Source: Gemmatimonadales bacterium (GTDB lineage Bacteria > Gemmatimonadota > Gemmatimonadetes > Gemmatimonadales > GWC2-71-9). Taken from it: a stretch of DNA of 64,000 nt. The notes under the pieces are model-generated. The model did no database searches. It was not told the origin of the DNA and worked only from the letters and a program-made list of their open reading frames with translations. Positions 59,019-64,000 of the stretch are shown here, one piece after another. Numbering within the stretch: position 1 is the first letter of the stretch; every line of letters starts with the position of its first letter. The stretch is taken from contig JBFJCP010000017.1 in NCBI GenBank assembly GCA_041615815.1, forward strand, positions 34,104-98,103, read 5' to 3'. A program made the translations under genes and the position numbers.

Positions 59019-59875
59019 CAAAACAGCCCCAACGCGACGTCGCCTTGCTGCAGCCGAATCCCCGGCAGCGGCAGATGCAGCTGATCGACCAACGTGGCAA
59101 ACGTCTTCCATGCGCTGCCTCTGATGGGCAGCCCTCGAAGATTCAGGTCGAGCGTCAGATACCACTGATGCTCGCCGGGCCCGAGCGCCCATCGGCTGAC
59201 GCTGTGCCCGAGCGCCATCCCGAGCCAGTCCGGCCACGGTCCCACGCCGCCAGGGATCAGGCCCGGGTTGAGTGCCAAGAAATAGCGCTGTCCCGCGTAA
59301 TCGTTCTCGAGCGTGGGGAAGGGGGCGGGATGCCTGAGCTCCTCGGATGGCCAGTAGCTCAGCTTCAGTTGAAACACTCGCGTTGACGGGACCTGCCGGT
59401 GTAAGGCGGGGAGCAGGGCGCCCCCGGTGGCAAACAACATGTCACTGGCGGAGAACCCCTGGTCTTGGTGCAGGCCGTCGCCAATCTCTTTGGGCAATTG
59501 GAATGCGAGTGCCGAGGCTGCCCCCAACCAACTGGCGGTGGTGGGCGAGACGCACGCCCACTCCCAGGCGAGGGCGCCGAGCTGCGACGTGTGATAGGAG
59601 ACGGTAGCGTGGAGCAGGCGGTCTTGGCCACGGCTGGGGCTCTCGCCCCACGCCACATGAAAGCCGGTGCGGGGAGTGATCCACCACACGTCGTGTCGCA
59701 GTGCGATCGCCGTCGTGGTAATTGTGGCGTAGCCGCCTGCGAGGAGGGCGATGCGGGCCGGGTGGGTCTTCTCACATCCCTGGGCCTCGAGGTACGCCGG
59801 CGCGGGCCCCACGCTGGTGACCAGGGCGATGCTCGAGAGGAGGATCGGTTTGAAGTTGCTCGAACGATGGGGCAT
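59018..59875 (-). CDS. DUF2279/YfiM-like exported protein
   Basis: Signal-like N-terminus, DRLLHATVSY, KEIGDG, GFSASDM and NDYAGQRYFL. Confidence 0.65.
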   Translation of the reverse strand: MPHRSSNFKPILLSSIALVTSVGPAPAYLEAQGCEKTHPARIALLAGGYATITTTAIALRHDVWWITPRTGFHVAWGESPSRGQDRLLHATVSYHTSQLGALAWEWACVSPTTASWLGAASALAFQLPKEIGDGLHQDQGFSASDMLFATGGALLPALHRQVPSTRVFQLKLSYWPSEELRHPAPFPTLENDYAGQRYFLALNPGLIPGGVGPWPDWLGMALGHSVSRWALGPGEHQWYLTLDLNLRGLPIRGSAWKTFATLVDQLHLPLPGIRLQQGDVALGLF

Positions 59876-60014
59876 GCAATACCGGATCGCGCGGTGCGCC
59901 GCGAGGACGGGGTTTCCTCCCAGTGTCGGCAGGTTGCCGACGTTCTGAAATCTCCACCGTCAAGCTCCTCGCATGTTTCACGCCCAAGTAGGTGCTGGAA
60001 CCCGATACTCTTGC

Positions 60015-61265
60015 TCACCCCCGCGTGACGAAGGACCGATCGAGGCGATTGATAGACGGAACCCCGTGGAGCTGCATGGCGATGCGTAGCTCGGCGCGGA
60101 GAATGTCCAGCACGCGCTCGACCCCGGCCTGTCCGAACGCGGCGAGTCCCCAGACGTAGGGCCGCCCGATACAGACGGCGCTCGCACCGAGGGCCAGCGC
60201 CGTGAGAATATCCGTGCCGCGCCGGAAGCCCCCGTCCACCAGTACGGGAATCCGCCCGCGGACCGCGTCCACGATCTCCGGAAGACTCTCGATGGTGCTC
60301 CGTCCGCCCGCCTCCGCCCGCCCACCGTGGTTCGATACGATGATCCCATCCGCGCCCACCTGCACGCATCGCCGGGCATCGTCGTCGCGCATGATGCCCT
60401 TGATGATGACTTTCATGTGTGTGGTGTCCTTGAGACGTCGCACGAAGTCCCATGTCATCCAGGGTGTGTCGAACTGCACCCGCTCCATATCGAGCCCGTC
60501 GAACATCGGTTTGCGACGGAGCCACCCCGTGGGAAAGTTCATCGGGTCATCATCGCTCGGTGCTGCCTCGTGGCATGCCGTGCAGTCCCGGGTATCGTCC
60601 CGGATGGACCGCTCCAGCGTCTCGCGGTTGCTCCCGACGGGGAGATCCACCGTGAGCACGAGCGTGTGGCAGCCCGCTCCCTCGGCGCGGCGGATGAGTT
60701 GCCGCGTGACGTCCCAACTCGACGTGGGATAGAGCTGGTACCACACCGGCCGGGTGCGCGCGGCGTTCACGTCTTCCACCGACGTGGTGGTCACGGTGGA
60801 GAGGATCTGGTGGTGGCCCGTCGCGCTCGCCGCCCGCGCAGCGGCGAGCTCACCCTCCGCGTGGAAGGCTTTCTGGCTTCCCACGGGCGCGAGCACGATC
60901 GGTGTATCCCACGGTTCCCCCATGAGCTCGACGCCCATGTCGATCGTGGAGACGTCCACCAGTCGCCGCGGACGTAGCTGAAGTCGCCGGAAGCCCTCCC
61001 GGTTCGCCCGCAGCGTCTCGTCGCCGTCCACCCCCGTGGCCAGATAGCCGTAGTGGGCTGGCGGCAGCACCTCCTGCGCCGTTCTCTGAAAGTCGAAGAC
61101 GTTGATGGCTTGGTCCGGGGAGGCGAGCCGCCGGACAATCGTGCGCTCGAGCGACGTCCGGGTCTCACGGCCGCCGCACGCGGAGCTGCCGAGGAGTGAG
61201 AGCAGCGGGCTTCCGGCGACGAAACGGAGAAACGCCCGGCGAGATGGCTTCGTGTCGTCGTGCAC
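60015..61265 (-). CDS. FMN-dependent alpha-hydroxy acid oxidase/dehydrogenase with Tat signal
   Basis: YGYLATG, LRPRRLVDVS, LAPVG, LTVD, IIKGI, VSNHGGR, DGGFRRGTD and GRPYVWGLA. N-terminal SRRAFL. Start is uncertain. Confidence 0.9.
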   Translation of the reverse strand: MHDDTKPSRRAFLRFVAGSPLLSLLGSSACGGRETRTSLERTIVRRLASPDQAINVFDFQRTAQEVLPPAHYGYLATGVDGDETLRANREGFRRLQLRPRRLVDVSTIDMGVELMGEPWDTPIVLAPVGSQKAFHAEGELAAARAASATGHHQILSTVTTTSVEDVNAARTRPVWYQLYPTSSWDVTRQLIRRAEGAGCHTLVLTVDLPVGSNRETLERSIRDDTRDCTACHEAAPSDDDPMNFPTGWLRRKPMFDGLDMERVQFDTPWMTWDFVRRLKDTTHMKVIIKGIMRDDDARRCVQVGADGIIVSNHGGRAEAGGRSTIESLPEIVDAVRGRIPVLVDGGFRRGTDILTALALGASAVCIGRPYVWGLAAFGQAGVERVLDILRAELRIAMQLHGVPSINRLDRSFVTRG

Positions 61266-61431
61266 GGCTGGTGCTCCGGGAGGTGGACCACGAAGCATGG
61301 TCCACATGTGAGGGGCACGCCAGGTGGCGATCCCTCCGCTGAGGACCTGAGTCACAAGCCGCCGAGGCCGCGGAGGCTGAAACCGTGGCACGGCGCTCCC
61401 GTACGGCTGTGTGCAACTCCAGGGAGGAAAC

Positions 61432-62685
61432 GTGCCGGACCGCCTCGCACCCGTAGCCGAGTCCCAACGCATCGCCTCGCTGGATGTTCTGCGCGGGTTT
61501 GCCGTGTTGGGTATCCTGGCGATGAACATCGGCGGCTTCTCGATGCCTGCGGCCGCCTACTTCGACCCCACGGCCTACGGTGATCTGTCGGGAGTGAACG
61601 GGTGGGTGTGGCGGATCACGCACGTCCTGGCCGACCTCAAGTTCATGGCGATCTTCTCCATGCTGTTCGGTGCCGGGATCGTGCTCATGACCGAGCGTTC
61701 CGAATCCCGCGGACAGTCGCCCACCGGCCTCCACTATCGACGCATGGCCTGGCTGATCGTCTTCGGGTTACTTCACGCACACCTGCTTTGGTACGCCGAC
61801 ATCCTCTACTGGTACGGCATGTGTGGGCTGGTGGTGTATCTGTTTCGCAAAGTCCGGCCGCAGTGGCTGATTGTCTGGGGATTAGTGTCGATCGCGGTGG
61901 CGTCCGCGATGATGCTCGGCGCCGGTTTCAGCATGCCCTTCTGGCCACAGGCCGCGATGGAACAGGTGGCCATGGATCTGAAGCCGCCTCCGGAGGTGAT
62001 CGCCGCCGAGGTCGCCACTTACCAAGGTGGGTGGTTGGAACAGATGGATCACCGGGTCCCCAAGTCGCTCGAGATGGAGATCAACACCTTCCTGGTGTGG
62101 GCTGCGTGGCGGGTCTCCGGCCTCATGCTCCTCGGGATGGCCTTGTACAAGCTCGGGGTCTTCAGCGCCAAGCGCTCGCCCAAGCTCTATGCCGCACTGA
62201 TCGCCGTGGCCGGCGTGGTGGGCATCCCCGTGATCGTGTACGGCATGCAGCGGAACTTCGCGGTGGACTGGGACGTGACGTACTACTTCTTCTTTGGGCT
62301 GCAATTCAATTACTGGGCCAGTCTCCTCGTGAGTCTGGGTTGGGTGAGTGTCGTCATGCTCGTGTGCCAGCGCCAGATCCTGGGGCCGGTGACCCGGTCG
62401 CTCGCGGCCGTTGGTCGGATGGCCTTCACCAACTACATCCTGCAAACGGTCATCTGTACCACGCTGTTCTACGGTCATGGTTTTGGCCTGTTCGGACAAA
62501 TCGAGCGAACCGGCCAAGCGGCGATCGTCCTCGCGGTGTGGGCCTTTCAACTGATCATGTCGCCCATCTGGCTGCGGTACTTCCTGTTTGGACCGCTCGA
62601 GTGGCTCTGGCGGTCGCTGGTGTATCTCGAGCGGCAACCCTTTAGGCGCGGTGTGGGCACGCCGGCGGTGGGAGTAGCGCAGTAG
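61432..62685 (+). CDS. DUF418 (YeiB-like) membrane protein
   Basis: RIASLDVLRGFAVLGIL, KFMAIFSMLFG, GRMAFTNYILQ and GPLEWLWR. GGAGG ribosome-binding site. Confidence 0.9.
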   Translation: MPDRLAPVAESQRIASLDVLRGFAVLGILAMNIGGFSMPAAAYFDPTAYGDLSGVNGWVWRITHVLADLKFMAIFSMLFGAGIVLMTERSESRGQSPTGLHYRRMAWLIVFGLLHAHLLWYADILYWYGMCGLVVYLFRKVRPQWLIVWGLVSIAVASAMMLGAGFSMPFWPQAAMEQVAMDLKPPPEVIAAEVATYQGGWLEQMDHRVPKSLEMEINTFLVWAAWRVSGLMLLGMALYKLGVFSAKRSPKLYAALIAVAGVVGIPVIVYGMQRNFAVDWDVTYYFFFGLQFNYWASLLVSLGWVSVVMLVCQRQILGPVTRSLAAVGRMAFTNYILQTVICTTLFYGHGFGLFGQIERTGQAAIVLAVWAFQLIMSPIWLRYFLFGPLEWLWRSLVYLERQPFRRGVGTPAVGVAQ

Positions 62686-63233
62686 TGCGGCTTTCCGGTC
62701 GTGAGACTCTTCCTGAGGGCGGGACCGTGTGTGCTGAGTCGATATCGATATCCGGACCCCTGGCCAACGCGGGACCAGCGTGGTGAAGACTGCCCTTGAT
62801 CCACTCCTTTGACTGGCCTCTCTGGATTCCCTCAAGCCGCAGGCAGAGGCAGAGGACTCCCTAACGACGGGTTCGTCGAGCTCGCCGAGCTGGTGTGAGA
62901 GTCCGTCTCTGTCGTGAGGGTGCTGCCACCCGGGACCGTCATCGTGTTCAGCTCGTTACGACGCGGCAGCATTAGGTCGTCGTGCTCAGTTGGCTCGAGG
63001 AGCTGCGGCCGAAGACGGGGAAGCAAAGCCTCGCAGACCGACGCTGGCGGAGGGCTCGCAAAAGGGTACATTCTCTCGCGCTAGCTTGAGCTAGGGTTCA
63101 CCTGATCACGTTCGTTGGTTGGCAGCGCTTCATCCCCGCCGATCGCCGGGACGACCACGCATCGTCCGGTGTGGCGCCGCGCAGGCTCGCGGCGCTATGC
63201 ACCCCGCCATTCTCACCCAACATCGGAGGCCCA

Positions 63234-63974
63234 ATGCGCGTATCCACCCTTGGTGCCCTCGCGATCGCCGTCACCTTCCTCGCCGCCCCGGCGCAGGGAC
63301 AGGACGGTGAGATCACGATGGGCTACTTCGCGACGGTCCGAAGTCAGGACATTCCCGCGTTCGAGACCGCGGCCAAACGGCACGTCGAGTGGCATCGGCG
63401 ACAAGGTGACACATGGACCTGGAACGCGTGGATGAGCGTGACTGGGACCCAGGGACAGTACGCCTACATCTCCGGGAATCACTCCTGGGCCGACTTCGAC
63501 ACCCCCGGCGTGTCCCAGGCGAACGACGCCGCCGATTGGGCCAACGGGCCAGGCAAGTTCACGGTGAGCGAAGAAGCGATGATGTGGATGACCCTCCCGT
63601 GGGGAAGCCGTCCGTGGGGCGAGAGTATCCCCGCCATGGTTCAGGTGTACGAGTATGCCGTGGTGCAGGGCAAGGCGGGGGATCTCGAGTACGTGATTCG
63701 CAAGTTCACCGAGGCTGCCGAGTCCACCAATTGGGCGGGTCGCTACGTGTGGGAGCAAGTGCTCAGCTCGGAGCAATCACCCGTCTACTTTGTCGTGATC
63801 CCGCACGAGAGTTGGGCGTCCTTCCAGCCGTTGGAGACGAGCCCGCAGGGTGTCCTCGTGGAAGCGTACGGCCAGGCCGAAGGACAGCGGCTGATCGACA
63901 TGTTCAATGCATCCGTGGATGCGATCGGTTCGCGGATCTGGCAGTATCGGGCTGATTTGTCGTACACACCGTAG
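63234..63974 (+). CDS. Secreted hypothetical protein with two similar alpha/beta domains (NIPSNAP-like)
   Basis: GGAGG ribosome-binding site, Sec signal peptide, and two internally similar halves (HSWADFD / HESWASFQ). Confidence 0.7.
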   Translation: MRVSTLGALAIAVTFLAAPAQGQDGEITMGYFATVRSQDIPAFETAAKRHVEWHRRQGDTWTWNAWMSVTGTQGQYAYISGNHSWADFDTPGVSQANDAADWANGPGKFTVSEEAMMWMTLPWGSRPWGESIPAMVQVYEYAVVQGKAGDLEYVIRKFTEAAESTNWAGRYVWEQVLSSEQSPVYFVVIPHESWASFQPLETSPQGVLVEAYGQAEGQRLIDMFNASVDAIGSRIWQYRADLSYTP

Positions 63975-64000
63975 CGTGCCACGCGGCGCTCCGGGCGTGA

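Noticed and set aside
63005..63062. c-di-GMP-I riboswitch-like string GGGGAAGCAAAGCC
   Set aside because: The P1/P2 pairing and GAAA tetraloop could not be built convincingly by eye. It would need an Infernal search.
1..64000. CRISPR arrays, tRNA/rRNA genes, transposases, integrases
   Set aside because: No regularly spaced repeats, cloverleaf or rRNA signatures, or recombinase motifs were seen.

Overview
High-GC bacterial DNA. The gene repertoire suggests a diderm organism such as Gemmatimonadota or Acidobacteriota, but this is inference only. About 57 kb (1-57707) is a mosaic surface-glycan supercluster. It holds three initiating phosphoglycosyl transferases, two flippases, two Wzy/WaaL-like membrane proteins, a Wzz-like protein with a large SLBB exporter, about 14 GT4-like and 2 GT2 glycosyltransferases, 2 GT-C transferases, 4 methyltransferases, a probable WbpB/E/D/I-type diacetamido-uronate pathway with an AsnB-type amidotransferase, and a UDP-galactopyranose mutase of the fungal/trypanosomatid type. 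Embedded in it are an NTP_transf_5-like nucleotidyltransferase, a TonB-dependent receptor, an MFS transporter, an HprK-related kinase, an ABC exporter and hflX. The right end encodes ArsI/CadI with a Cys-rich SigZ, a DUF2279-like protein, a Tat-lipoprotein alpha-hydroxy acid oxidase carrying a CXXCH motif, a DUF418 protein and a secreted hypothetical protein. Short 7-mer and 8-mer tandem repeats are scattered through the window, including one array inside a coding sequence. No rRNA, tRNA, CRISPR array or transposase was seen. Start codons were chosen by eye and family calls come from motif recognition, not database searches.
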